Assembly (NCBI GenBank): GCA_030704615.1 | Contig: CM060733.1 | Location: 24,242,001-24,306,000, forward strand | DNA from: Takakia lepidozioides | Taxonomy: Eukaryota > Plantae > Bryophyta | DNA: 64,000 bases | Reading direction: 5' to 3' | In this document: piece after piece, positions 25,624-37,571 of the stretch | Position numbering within the stretch: the first letter of the stretch is position 1 | Layout of the letters: each line of letters opens with the position of its first letter | Translations under genes and position numbers: made by a program | Notes under the pieces: generated by a model | The model's input: the letters and a program-made list of their open reading frames with translations, nothing else | What the model was told of the DNA's origin: nothing | Databases searched by the model: none

Positions 25624-28600
25624 ATGAGTGATGAAAGAGAAGCTAGACGACAAAGATATTCATTAAAAAGGGAAAGCTATCTGAAAGCTAATTATCCATA
25701 TCTTTGGGAGAGAGGAATAGACATAGGGGAATCATCTGGACCTCTCACACCATCAAGATCAAAAAGTGCATCACCTATACCGGAAGAACTAGAGTTGGAT
25801 GCCACTCCTTCTGTTTCTTTGCAAGAAAGATTAAGGGAATTGGTACAGGAAGAAGATCAATCAAGAGGTGAAAGATCTGAGGTACATCCTTGGATAAAAG
25901 ATTTGACAGAAATCTTTGATAAAAGTTGGCATGGAACACCAAAAGCAGGAACTCCAGTTTCTGAAGCAGAAGATGAAGAAGGAGATGAGGATGTGGCAGA
26001 GCCAACGGAGAGTTCAGACTCTCCAACACCATTACAGTTGAGTTACATGAGTGAAGAAGAAACCCAAGGGCAGAACTTGAATGATGAAAACAGAGAGAAG
26101 AAATTGGAAGAGGAAGAATATGAAGAAGTAGACCCAACAGCTGAGGTTGAGACTACAACCAGGACATCCCAACCCGTTGGACCTGGATCAAGTGGAGCAC
26201 TTGGATCACAGGCCAACGAAGGTGTCGGCTCAGGGGGATCAGGCGGGCTGCCTGGATCTGGCTCTGGGGGGACAGGGAGTGTGGGAAGTAGTGCAACTGA
26301 AGCTGGGAATACTGTGAATATCGTGGGGCCAGAAGCAGGGAGTGCTCAAGGGCCACCACTTGGTGGAAGATCCACCACAAAAACAACAGGTCCAGAAGGA
26401 CCAGCACCAGCAAGGGTGCCAGCACCTGTCAGTGGGCAGAAGGTAGGGCCACAGATGGCGTTACAACCAACACGGGCAAAACCACCCTTTCCAATATATT
26501 CAGGAAAAGGGGATCCCGATGTACACATTAGCCAATTTGAGCACATGTGTATAGTGAACAATGAGAATGGCGATGATGCCAAGATGAGACTGTTTCCTTG
26601 TTCACTTATCAAGAAAGCAAGTGAATGGTATGCAAGATTCCCTGATAATCATTTCCTAACCTGGAATGGCTTGAATACAGCATTTCGAAATAGGTTCAGG
26701 ACAAGTAAAACTGAGGATGAAGTGTATGGAAGTTTACAACAGCTGAAGCAGAAGAAGCATGAAACTGTTGAAGAGTATATGGAGAAGATGGAATTGATGA
26801 TGAAAAAGCTGGCTGCAGTACCAGCACCCGGTTTACAGAAGACTTGGTTTGTGAGTGGACTAAGACCAGAGTTGCAGAAGAAAGTGGATATGTTACCCCA
26901 TAATACAGTGGAGGAGGCATTTGAAACTGCGAACAGAATTGAGCAATTGGGAATGCTCAGGAGAGAGAAAAAGGAAGATGAGGACTCTGAAGATGAGTCA
27001 GATGAAGAAGAAGAGCAAGAACTAAAAAGAAAGAGTAAGAGAAAGGAAAAGTTGAAGAGGGATAACTATGAGAAAAGATTGGAAGAAATCTTGAAGAAGT
27101 ATGCCACAGAGGCTGCAACACATTGGAGGAAGGGTGTATGGTGTGCAAAGTGCCAGAATGAAGGCCATACCACTACAGAATGCCACATGAAGGAGAAACA
27201 CTGTACTATCTGTAAAATGGATAACCATTCTACTGAGAATTGTTACTACAACAGAAGGACAGCTGCCAGAGAACCTAGGCAAGTGAGGGTGCATCAGGTG
27301 CAACCCCAGCCAAGAAGAAGCAATGATCAGGACCACTATGGTAGGTCTGGTGGTTATAACAATGGCATGGAAGGAAGAGGTAATTCAAGAGGGAATTACC
27401 AAGGAAATTCCAGAGGCAACTATCAGGGTAATCCGAGGGGGAATTACCAGCCCGGGAATCAGGATTATAGAAATAATCCAAGACCAGACCAAGGGCGAGG
27501 ACCCAATGGTGAAGAGCTATGTTACTATTGTAATCAGCCAGGACATCGCAAGGCAGCCTGTTCATTCTGGATAAGACACCAGAATGAGATGAGAGCTCCT
27601 GTGAATGAGGGCCCAGTGGTGGCAGCTCACATGGTTAGGCCATGTGTTGTACCAGAAGTAAGTACAATGATAGTAACAAGAAGTAAAGCTAAACTAATAC
27701 CTCCAGTAGAAGAGGAAGAAGATGAGACTGGAAGTGGCAATGATATGCCTGAAGAGGAAGAGACTTGGAAGGATGAGAAGGAACTGCACAAGGAAGTGGC
27801 AGATACTATAAGGGAAATGCAAAAGAGTACTGATATTCCTGTGGCAGATTCCTCTGATTCGGATGGAGAAAAAGAGGAGAGTGAGGAAGAAAGGAGAAAA
27901 GAAGATGCAGACATGCAAAGTAATGAAGAGACTTTGGCTGAAGTAATATGTCAGACCAAAGCAGAAATTACCATTGGACAGCTATTAGCTGTGGCACCTT
28001 ATTGTAGGCACAGGCTGTATCAGGCAATCAATCGAATTGCCCAAGAAACAGGAAACACAGACCTGAACAGCAAGGTGACCAGTTATAATGTGAAGCCGGA
28101 AGGGCGAGAACCAGTCATGGACTTTGATGATTCTATGCCAGTAATCCAATTGAGAATTGGAAGCACAGAACTAACTGATGTACTGATAGATGGTGGTTCT
28201 GGAGTAAATATCATGACAGACCAATTAAGGAAGAAGCTTGGTCTAAGTAACATGAAACCAGCCCCATTTACAGTAACAATGGCAGATCAAAGAAGTGTAC
28301 AGCCATTGGGATTAATAAGAGGAGTTAAGATACAGATACAGAAAATGATCTTTCTGATCAAGTAACTGTATTAAAAATGGATGAAGTCATGGAGGCTTAT
28401 TCCTTATTATTGGGACGTCCGTGGCTGAAACAGGCCAGGGTATTCCATGACTGGAATTCTCAGTTACTAACTGTGCATAATGGGATGCACGAGATACAAA
28501 TTACCACAAAGAAATCTAGTAGATTACCTGCTACAAGAAGACCTCGAGGAGTCAGAGAGTATGACTGGAGGGGAGGACTGGATGAGGAGCAGGAAGCTAC

Positions 28601-31600
28601 CCTATTTGCTGCACACCCAGAGTGGGAGCAAGTTGCAGAGATGCGGCTGGAAAGCCTAAGTTGTTTGAGAGGTATCTGCTGTGGTGTAGTGACAGCAACA
28701 CCAACGGAAGAAGAAACCAGCATTTACCCATCACATTTCTATGAAGAAAGAGAAGGAGAAATAGAAATCCTAGAAGAACCAGCCACTGTGAGCTTACAGG
28801 ATGAAGTGGTGACTGGTTGGACAATCACAGCTGATGAGCAGGTGAGAGAAGTAAATGTGGGAACTCCGGAGGAACCAAGGATGGTGAAAGTAGGAGCTGA
28901 TTTGGAGCCGGAATTCTTCGAAGAAGCTAAAAGCTTGTTCATCAAATACAGAGATGTATTTGCTTGGAGCTATGAGGATCTAAAAGGGATACCACCTGAA
29001 GTCTGTCAGCATAAAATTGAACTGGAACCAGGGTCAGTGCCAATCAAGCAGGCGAGGTATAGAATGAATCCCAACTACGCACAGAAGGTTGGAGAAGAGA
29101 TAAAGAAGTTGGCTGAGGCTAAGTTTATATACCCAATAGAGTATACAACTTGGTTGTCACCCATTGTTATAGTTCCCAAGAAGAATGGCAAACTAAGAGT
29201 ATGTGTGAACTATAAGAAGCTGAATGCTTGTACGAAGAAAGATCCTTTCCCTTTGCCATTCACAGAAGCAGTATTAGACACTGTGGCAGGCCATGAGATG
29301 TACTCATTCATGGATGGCTTCAGTGGTTATAATCAAGTGCAAGTGACAGAAGAAGACCAAGGGAAAACAGCTTTCATCACAGACTGGGGGGCTTATGCAT
29401 ACAAAGTCATGCCCTTTGGACTTTGTAATGCACCAGCGACCTTTCAGAGAGTGATAAGTGAATCTTTTCAAGAGTATCTGGATGATTTCATGCAGGTGTT
29501 TTTGGATGATTTCAGTGTGTACAGCTCTAAGAATGAGCACTTGCATAAATTGGAGTTATGCCTGGCCAGATGCAGGATGAGAGGTCTGGGCTTGAATCCA
29601 GAGAAGTGTACTTTCTGTGTGAACTCAGGGGTGCTTCTGGGACACATAGTGTGTAAGAAGGGACTTCTTGTGGATCCCAGGAAGACAGAGTCCATTAAAG
29701 TCTCTCCACCACCAGTGAATGTTAAGAGTTTAAGGAGATTCCTTGGGCAAACCAGTTATTACAGAAGATTTGTCAAAAGGTATGCACAAATAGCAGCACC
29801 ATTGAGCAAGCTTCTGAAGAAAGATGCAGTGTTTGCATGGACAGCTGAATGTCAACAGGCGTTTGAGGAACTTACACTGTCAGTAACAACTACACCTGTG
29901 CTGATTAACCCTCACTGGCATGTAGTATTTCATGTTCACTGCGATGCATCAGGAGAAGCATTGGGAGCGGTGTTAGCCCAGAATGTTACAGGGAATATAG
30001 ATTCACCTGTGTACTATGCTAGCCGGTTGATGAACAGTGCTGAGAGGAACTATAGCACAACGGAAAGAGAAGCATTGGCAATGATCTATGCAGTGAAGAA
30101 ATTCAGGCATTACCTATTGGGAAGAAAGTTTATGTTTTATGTGGATCACCAGGCTCTGATATATCTGGTGAACAAACCTTTGATAAGTGGAAGGATAGCG
30201 AGGTGGTTAATAATCTTGCATGAGTTTGAGTTCGAGGTTATTTACAAGCCTGGCCGTTTGCATCTTGTGGCAGATCATTTGTCACGACTAACAACAGGAG
30301 AGGCCGCCACAGGAGTGGACGATCAGTTACCTGATGCGAGTTTATTTGTAATGGAGGTGCAAGGAAGTGCAGATGAATGGTTAGATTGGCAATGGCCAAT
30401 CAGATACTACCTTGCTCATGGTCAGTGCCCACCTAGTTATGGTAAGGAGCAAAGGAAAAGAATTGCTATCAGAGCTTTACCTTATACTATGGTAGGAAGC
30501 AGAATGTATAAGTTAGGACCTGATGGAGTACTAAAACGATGCTTGTACCACCATGAAGTAAATAAAGTCTTGGAGGAAGTTCATAAAGGAGTGGCTGGAG
30601 GTCATTTTGGAGAAGAGACTACCAGTAGAAAGATACTACTCGCAGGATACTGGTGGCCTACGTTGTTCAAAGATGTACATGAGTATTGTCAGAAGTGTGA
30701 TGAATGTCAGAGGCTAGGACCTTTGCAGAGATCTGGAAGAATGGCCTTGCATCCTACAATGCCTACGGAACCATTTCAGAAATGGGGACTAGACTTTGTT
30801 GGACCAATTAATCCACCATCCAAGAATACACGAAACAGGTACATAATTACAGCCACTGATTATACTACAAAGTGGGTGGAAGCTAAAGCTTTGAGGGACA
30901 ACACAGCCAAGTCCACAGCAAGGTTCCTGTACGAGAACATACTTACACGATTTGGATGTCCCTTAGAATTTATCAGTGATCAAGGAAGTCACTTCATGAA
31001 TGAGACCATTGAGTTATTGACTAAAGAGTTTATGATTGTGCATAGAAAGAGTACAACATATTACCCACAGGGTAATGGACAGGCAGAGGCTACCAACAAA
31101 ATACTATGTACTATCTTGGCTAAGATAGTCAATGCAAACAGAACGGATTGGGATACAAAGCTGCTGACAGCTTTGTGGTCATACAGGACTTCATATAAAG
31201 TCACCACTAAGTATACACCATTCCAATTAGTTTATGGTATGGAAGCCTTACTTCCAGTGGAATTCCTGTTACCTACCATGAGAACAGAGTGGGGAAAAAG
31301 AATGGAATTGCAAGACTCCATCAAGGTCAGGAAACATGAATTATACCATGTGGAAGAAGTACGTGCTGATGCAGCTGATAATATGACCAGAATTCAGATG
31401 AAGCGAAAGGAACAGTTTGATAAAGGCAAATTAAAGACTTTTAAGACGGGGGATTTGGTTTTATGGTTGCAGAAGAAAGGAAAGATTCAAGCTTCTAAGC
31501 TTAAATCACCATGGAAAGGACCTTATGTCATACAAAAGATGTATGATAACAACACAGCCATGTTACAAACCATTAACAAGGAAATGCTGGGAAGAGTCAA

Positions 31601-32657
31601 TGCAAATAAGTTGAAGGGGTACAGTGGTATCCATGACAAACCCCTGCAACATGATTTGCATGTTGAACCGCAAGAGCAGTCACGGGCTGCACCAGTGTTA
31701 CGAACGGAGTATGGAACACTTGTCGCTAGGCCCAGTATATATGACCGGGGTGGGCAAAACAAACGTGACACAGCCTATCACAGCCCATCACGGCGTGACA
31801 CAGCCTATCACAGCCCATCACGACGTGACACAGCCAACCACAGCCCAGCAAGGCGCACCACAGCCTATCACAGCCCATCACGACGTGACACAGCCTATCA
31901 CAGCCCATCACGACGTGACACAGCCTATCACAGCCCGTCACGACGTGACACAGCCAACCACAACCCAGCAAGGCGTGACACAGCCTATCACAACCTACCG
32001 CAGCGTGTCACAGCCTATCACAGCTTACCACAGTGCAACACAGCCTATCACAGCTCAAGACAGCCTACTAAAGTTACACGATCCATAGAATCAGTGACAA
32101 GTGGACACATAAAAACTTCAGTAAAATGGCTGAAGGAAGAAGAAACGGAAATTAATTTAAAAATAGACACGTGGAGGTCAGGGTGCGACACACAGCAGAG
32201 AATGAAGTGCAAGGACAGGTGTCAAAAAGAAAGAGGACAGGAACGGCCGTCAAAAGGGATGAAAGGCGGACCCATTAATGATTACGGAAAAAGGGAAACA
32301 GAACGAACGGCAAGTACAGAAAAGCCGAATTCATGTCGCATGTGTGATCCTAGTGGACTATCCAACAGGGAAAGTCCACTAAAGAAGATAAAAGTTAAAA
32401 TCCAGTCACAGCGGCCACAGCCAATAGAAAACCAGAAAAATGATCAAGAAAATGGAGGGAAATTGAGCGCAAGAGGCGGCGTCGTTCAGAGTAACGGGCG
32501 TCTCGACAGGAAGGCCTCACTTATCCAGGTAGTAATCAACCATCTCCATCAACCAGAGACAGACCTCGGGCTCGTACACACAGCCCACCACGAAACTCTC
32601 AACGTCAACAAAGTGATCACTCACAAAGGTTTGCTACTCGAAAACAGTAAACCGTGA
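25624..32657 (+). pseudogene. gag-pol polyprotein (three CCHC knuckles, PR LIDGGS, RT FLDD, RNase H, HHCC-DDE integrase, GPY module) with one frameshift
   Basis: ORFs 25624..28365 and 28377..32657. A 1-bp deletion at ~28360 relative to copy 2 (GATCA-AGTAAC vs GATCACAGTAAC). Confidence 0.95.
31762..32065 (+). repeat. 30-bp coding tandem repeat (RRDTAYHSPS)n after integrase
   Basis: About 10 units of CGTGACACAGCCTATCACAGCCCATCACGA; fewer units in copy 2 (62322-62535). Confidence 0.9.
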
Positions 32658-32671
32658 GGACACGGCTTTTT

Positions 32672-32685
32672 GAGGGGGGAAGGGG
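32672..32685 (+). promoter_or_regulatory. Polypurine tract
   Basis: GAGGGGGGAAGGGG just before the 3' LTR, preceded by a short CCGTG-AGGA-CACGG hairpin. Confidence 0.9.
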
Positions 32686-32689
32686 TAAA

Positions 32690-33809
32690 TGTTAGAGGAC
32701 TGTAGGGGACTTAGACACTTATACGGGATCTGTAGGGTACCCTTAATTTTTGCACAGACTGAGACAAACAGGAACCTTAGGGGTGACAGCAGAGCACTGT
32801 AGAAGGGGGTTACACAACCCACACAGCCCACACAGCCGTCACAGCCGTCACAGTCCACACAGCCCACACAGCCGACACAGCCGACACAGCCCACACAGCC
32901 CGACACAGCCGACACAGCCCACACAGCCCACACAGCCGTCACAGCCAACACAGCCCGTCACAGCCGTCACAGCCCACACAGCCCGTCATAGTCGTCACAG
33001 CCCACACAGCCCACACAGCCGTCACAGCCAACACAGCCCGTCACAGCCGTCACAGCCCACAGAGCCCGTCATAGTCGTCACAGCCCACACAGCCCACACA
33101 GCCCGTCACAGTCGTCACAGCAGACACAGCCCACACAGCCAGTCACAGCCCGGCATAGCCACACAGCCAGTCACAGCCCGACACAGCCAAACACAGCCAG
33201 TCACCGCTTGACACAGCTGTCACGATAATAGGGAACGAAGAGTAGGACAGGGAACGACTGTGGGGAACAACACCAGAGAAGGGAACATGTTAGTTCACAT
33301 ACGACGGTTAGAGAGGGAAACGGTTAGAACCGCGGATAGGAGGATAAAGGGAAGAACGGGGATTATGATGAGATCATTATTCGGGGAGGACTTGGGAGTC
33401 AGGCGGAAGCGGAGATCGGAGAGCACGATGAAGGAGGATTAGTAGATGCTTGTTAGAGGCAAAGCCGTAGGGATATTGTAGAGGAGAATAGAGATACAAT
33501 GGCTTCGGCCTGATACCTGATAAATCATAATCTGATATTTATACGATACAATCACACTGTGTAGAGAGATCTGAGTGAAGCTGTGGATTGAATGGAGGAG
33601 TGAAGGAAACTAATACGTAATTATCAATGGTAAGGTAGCTAAGATGAATGCGAAAAGGGAAACAAATAGGAAACACCCCCATGATACACTAGCTGTAGGT
33701 CATGACTGATTGTTCTGCGCGGGCTGAGTACTTAGAGATTTCCAACTCTTCTATCTTGGAGTTTCCGCCTCGGATAGCGAAGGGATGGGTGAGTAAAAGC
33801 CGCGCGACA
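32690..33809 (+). repeat. 3' LTR
   Basis: Same length as the 5' LTR; only one substitution noticed by eye (~33062). Confidence 0.98.
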
Positions 33810-33814
33810 AGAGC

Positions 33815-34320
33815 CTCTTTTGGTAAAGTGTTTCAAGGTCTTACATCCGGATACTCCGGCCCAATCACAGCCCACTTCTACAATGGACGAGATGTCCTTA
33901 TTTGGTATGCATGACCACAATGAAGACATGACATTGACAGTGGTGAGAGAACAACTATCACATTTCAGAAGGACGAAGATAAATGAAGGTGAGTGCATGG
34001 CTCCTTTGAAATGGTGGAAAGAACACGAGTCTCTCTTTCCGTATGTGGGATTTTTGGCACGCCTAATTTTGGGCATAGTTGGATCTCAGATTGAAGCTGA
34101 GAGGGTTTTTAGTATTGCAGGTGTCATAACAAACTTGAGACGGTGCAGGTTAAATATTGAAAACCTTGATATGCTTGCGAGTGTAGTCAAGAATTGGCCA
34201 AATGATGCTAGAGTTGGTTGCTTTAGTACTTCCATGAAAGAGTTTTTGGATAGGGAAGAAGTCCTCTTAGATGAGAATGAGGACTTGATTGCAGAGGCAA
34301 ACCTCTTTGAGGTAGACTGA
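33815..34320 (+). pseudogene. hAT transposase C, 3' part (dimerisation domain)
   Basis: Rejoins in frame after removing the LTR element (SMVLE|PLLVKCF); PLKWWK...LARLILGIVGSQIEAERVFSIAG. Confidence 0.93.
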
Positions 34321-34845
34321 TTGTCTTAGAGACAAATTATTGTTCAACATATTACACTATACTCCTTTGATTGGAGTTTGTTTATTTGTCATTTTTATTG
34401 AAGATTTCAGTGACATCCCGTGTACTTAGTTTGTTGTATGCTATATTGACAAAGCATCATCCAAAAAACACAAATTTATGTAGTTTTTTTTAGTTGTGCT
34501 TTTGCTGCACCATAAAAGGTAACCATAGAATTACACATGTTTAATTTGTTTTGTATTTTGAATTAAGATCCTTATGTAGTTTGTTTGTTTTAGTTGTTCT
34601 TTGCTACACCGTACGACAACTTATAAAATCTCTGGTTTTCCGTTTTTAATGGAGACCATGCGTATATAACTAGTTATATATACCATAAAAGACAATCACA
34701 AAAAACATATAAGTTTATTTACTTCTGTTTTACTAATAAATTCCCTGGTTTTAGTTGAAAATTCTCAGTATGACCAATCAGATCAGTTCATCTAATTTTC
34801 CAGAAGAATAAAAAATTAAAAGAATTTAATATATTTTTAAAAAAG

Positions 34846-35045
34846 AACCGGAACCTAACCGGGAACCGGTGTTTTTTTTTCCAGCAACTAACCGGTAACC
34901 GGAACCGCCCCCATGTTAAAAAGTCGGAACCTGAACCGGACCGGAACCGCCTTAATAAAAAATAACCGGATCCGGATCCGGAACCGTCTCTTCAAAAATT
35001 TGTGGAACCGGAACCGAAGGTTCCTTCACAAAGGCAAGAACCGCC
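34846..35045. repeat. hAT right subterminal (GGAACC)n array
   Basis: Repeated gaaccg/accgga before the right TIR. Confidence 0.9.
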
Positions 35046-35300
35046 CAACACTGGTGCTTTCCTTTCAGCACCCTTTATTCATTTGTTGTTGCAATTGGCT
35101 TTGGACCAACCCGTGCTGGTACCATTGCCATGGGTTCTGCCTGCAATGTTTTCTTGCCATGGATTCGGCACACGCCACAAAAGGCCATCCAGACCATCCT
35201 CTGGAAATGCTCCAATGTTGTTTCAAAACATCTCCACATTGCAATGGATACAACACTGACATTAGATGAGTGAAAGTGAGACTAGACCTCCAGCCAGCCG

Positions 35301-35435
35301 GCTTTCCCACATCAAATTGAAGGTGATCTGTAGATTATAGATAACGGCTGTTGCCTTCTCAATGTCTTTTCCAATGACCTCTGCAATGAACTGGGGTATA
35401 AGATCCTTCAAATCACAAGTTTGAGCATCACGCAC
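35301..35435 (-). pseudogene. RPS3A: Captured ribosomal protein eS1 (RPS3a) fragment 1
   Basis: RDAQTCDLKDLIPQFIAEVIGKDIEKATAVIYNLQ...FDVGK. Confidence 0.8.
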
Positions 35436-36043
35436 AAGCCACTTACGGGGATAGAGTTTCCAATGCGAACCATTGGTCTTTTATTGATAGCATTGTTGTA
35501 AAATACATGGACCAACATGGTCAATTTCGGGAATGACATATAGTACGCTTTCATGTACTATGTAAGCATGCAACTATGTACCAGTAAGGTGGCTTGTTCG
35601 CCACTTAACCTGTTTGCCCATTCAGCCATCTCCACATTGTCATGGATTTTGCATGCTGGATTGTGAGGCCATCCACACCGTCCTCTGGAAATGCTATCAT
35701 GGGGTTTCAGCTATGTCCACATTTCCCTGGATTATGCCTGCACGAAGCAAGGCCAACTGCATTCAGCACCCTCCACTTTATTGTAGTATTGCAGCAACAT
35801 TCAAAGCACTTCAATTTGTATCCATCGAAAACATCTAGGCTGGAAAAAGACATTGTTGCAGCAGAACTTAGGAAAGTACTTCTCCCCTTCCACTACACAC
35901 CTGAAATGAAAGAAGCCAACCAACAGCATACCGGCCAAGAAAATATGAAACCAGCCAAGAAAAGAGCCAATATATGCAGTGAAGGTCGACACTAAATGAA
36001 ACTTATCCAACACTTACATTAGAGGAGGGAAGCTAAGTCTTAC

Positions 36044-36150
36044 CTCCATAAGCTTGCCCACATCAAATTTGGGAGCTTTCAGAATTTCTCCTTTCCGGTT
36101 GAATGAACTTGGCTACAAGATCCTTCAAATCGCAAGTTTGAGCTTCACAC
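36044..36150 (-). pseudogene. RPS3A: Captured ribosomal protein eS1 (RPS3a) fragment 2 with intron donor
   Basis: EAQTCDLKDLVAKFI...ILKAPKFDVGKLME followed by GTAAG. Confidence 0.85.
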
Positions 36151-37571
36151 ACAATGAACTTGCAGGGATTGAGCTTCCAATGCGAACCAGGAGTCTTATA
36201 TTGATAGCATTGTTGTAAAACACATGGACCAACAATGACAGTCTCTGGAATGACATATAGTACAGTAATGACATATAGTACAACATGCTGCTTCCAGTTG
36301 ACCATCTACCCATGTAGGTTTCTTGTACCTATCCTTCCACAGGGAATCATAGGTAATGTGGAGCTTGAAATCCAGCCCTCTTGGATGAATCTGGACCCAC
36401 ACTCTATCCCTGCTCCTTCAGCTATCCATGCCTCTGACAGCCTACAATTCTACCAGCAAATACCCCAACCATACTGGTGTGGAGTTCTTCCCCAAAACAC
36501 CCCAACCCTACTTATCACAATCTGAAATGCATCTGCTTCTCTCTGTAGTCCAACATGCATTCGCCTCTTTGTCTCCATTGTCCCACCATTGGGGTCGGAA
36601 AGTGTTCACCCCAAAGCTTCTCCTCACCTCTATTATATGTTTTTGGATACTTCCTTGCTGCCACACTGGCAGTAACTTACCAAAGTCACTCCAAACCACC
36701 ACAGATATACCCAACGACCTAACTTATAGAATTCAATATGCATCTTGCGGCCGAGTCTGATGAGAGGGCAACACAGGCTGAAATAGGTTGAAGAAGAAGG
36801 TGCCCTACCACATTGTCCTTGACCTGTCCTGAGCCATGGAGGATTTGACCGATGACCTCTTGTGTGTGCTGCTTGTGTCTGTAGTCAGGTAATGTCGGAT
36901 TGGTCTGTCAGATCGAACCACTACGGCGTAGATGAGTAGTCAGAGATTGAAACACGTTTGCTAAGACCAAGCTGACTCTCCCAAGAACGGCGAGCTCACT
37001 TGTCCTCATCTCGTCTCCTCATCCTCTTCTCCTTCGTGCATCATTTGCTCAACGCCTCCATCCCACGCCCCTGCATATCTTGCTATCATTGCGTTCCATC
37101 CCTCAGCTATGTGGTGTGGCGCAGGAGACAAAAAGACGCCAAATCCCAGCCCTCCTTTCTGTTCACGATTACACTAATGGGCAACCTTATTAGCAAATTT
37201 TTTAACTTTTTTTAACCTAATGGGCAACCTTATTTGCATTATATGTGCCTTCAAAATGACACGTGTAGTGATGTAGTCGTATAAATAGAGCTCTGAAACC
37301 ATCTTCAGTCATGGAGTCATAAGATTCCATGAAACGTCGTCCACGTGTAGTCAAACATATCACACTAGTCATATAAACCATCCCTGTCATCATGGTCAAC
37401 AATGTTTGACCAATGCTCCCTAACTTTCCGGAGTCATGTAGTGATATCCATTACTACAAAGTCATAAAACTAAAACTGTAATGCATTTCAGCGCTCTGTA
37501 GTCATGTACCTAGTGCAATTTTTATGACTCCGCCAAACCCGTAGTCCTAAAAACGCTCATCTCTTGTAGTG

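Larger units (their letters stand above)
23894..33809 (+). mobile_element. Ty3/gypsy non-chromovirus LTR retrotransposon, copy 1 (Phygy/Selgy/Athila-like; no chromodomain or extra aRH seen)
   Basis: 1120-bp TG...CA LTRs; 5-bp TSD AGAGC (23889-23893, 33810-33814); PBS; PPT; gag-PR-RT-RH-INT order. Confidence 0.98.
17578..35053 (+). mobile_element. hAT DNA transposon (Pack-type, carries gene fragments), nested in the CACTA
   Basis: TIR CAGTGTTGGGCGGTT at both ends; perfect 8-bp TSD GTGCTTTC (17570-17577, 35054-35061); GGAACC/AACCGG subterminal arrays; hAT transposase inside. Confidence 0.97.
7498..37571. mobile_element. CACTA/En-Spm DNA transposon (30,074 bp including nested insertions)
   Basis: TIRs CACTACAACAGATGAGCGTTTTTATGA and (reverse complement) CACTACAAGAGATGAGCGTTTTTAGGA, 2 mismatches in 27 bp; 3-bp TSD ATG (7495-7497, 37572-37574); ATGACTAC subterminal motifs at both ends; TnpD-like and TnpA-like genes inside. 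Confidence 0.97.

Noticed and set aside
28350-28380. Programmed gag-pol ribosomal frameshift
   Set aside because: Copy 2 is continuous here; copy 1 simply lacks one C and shows no slippery site.
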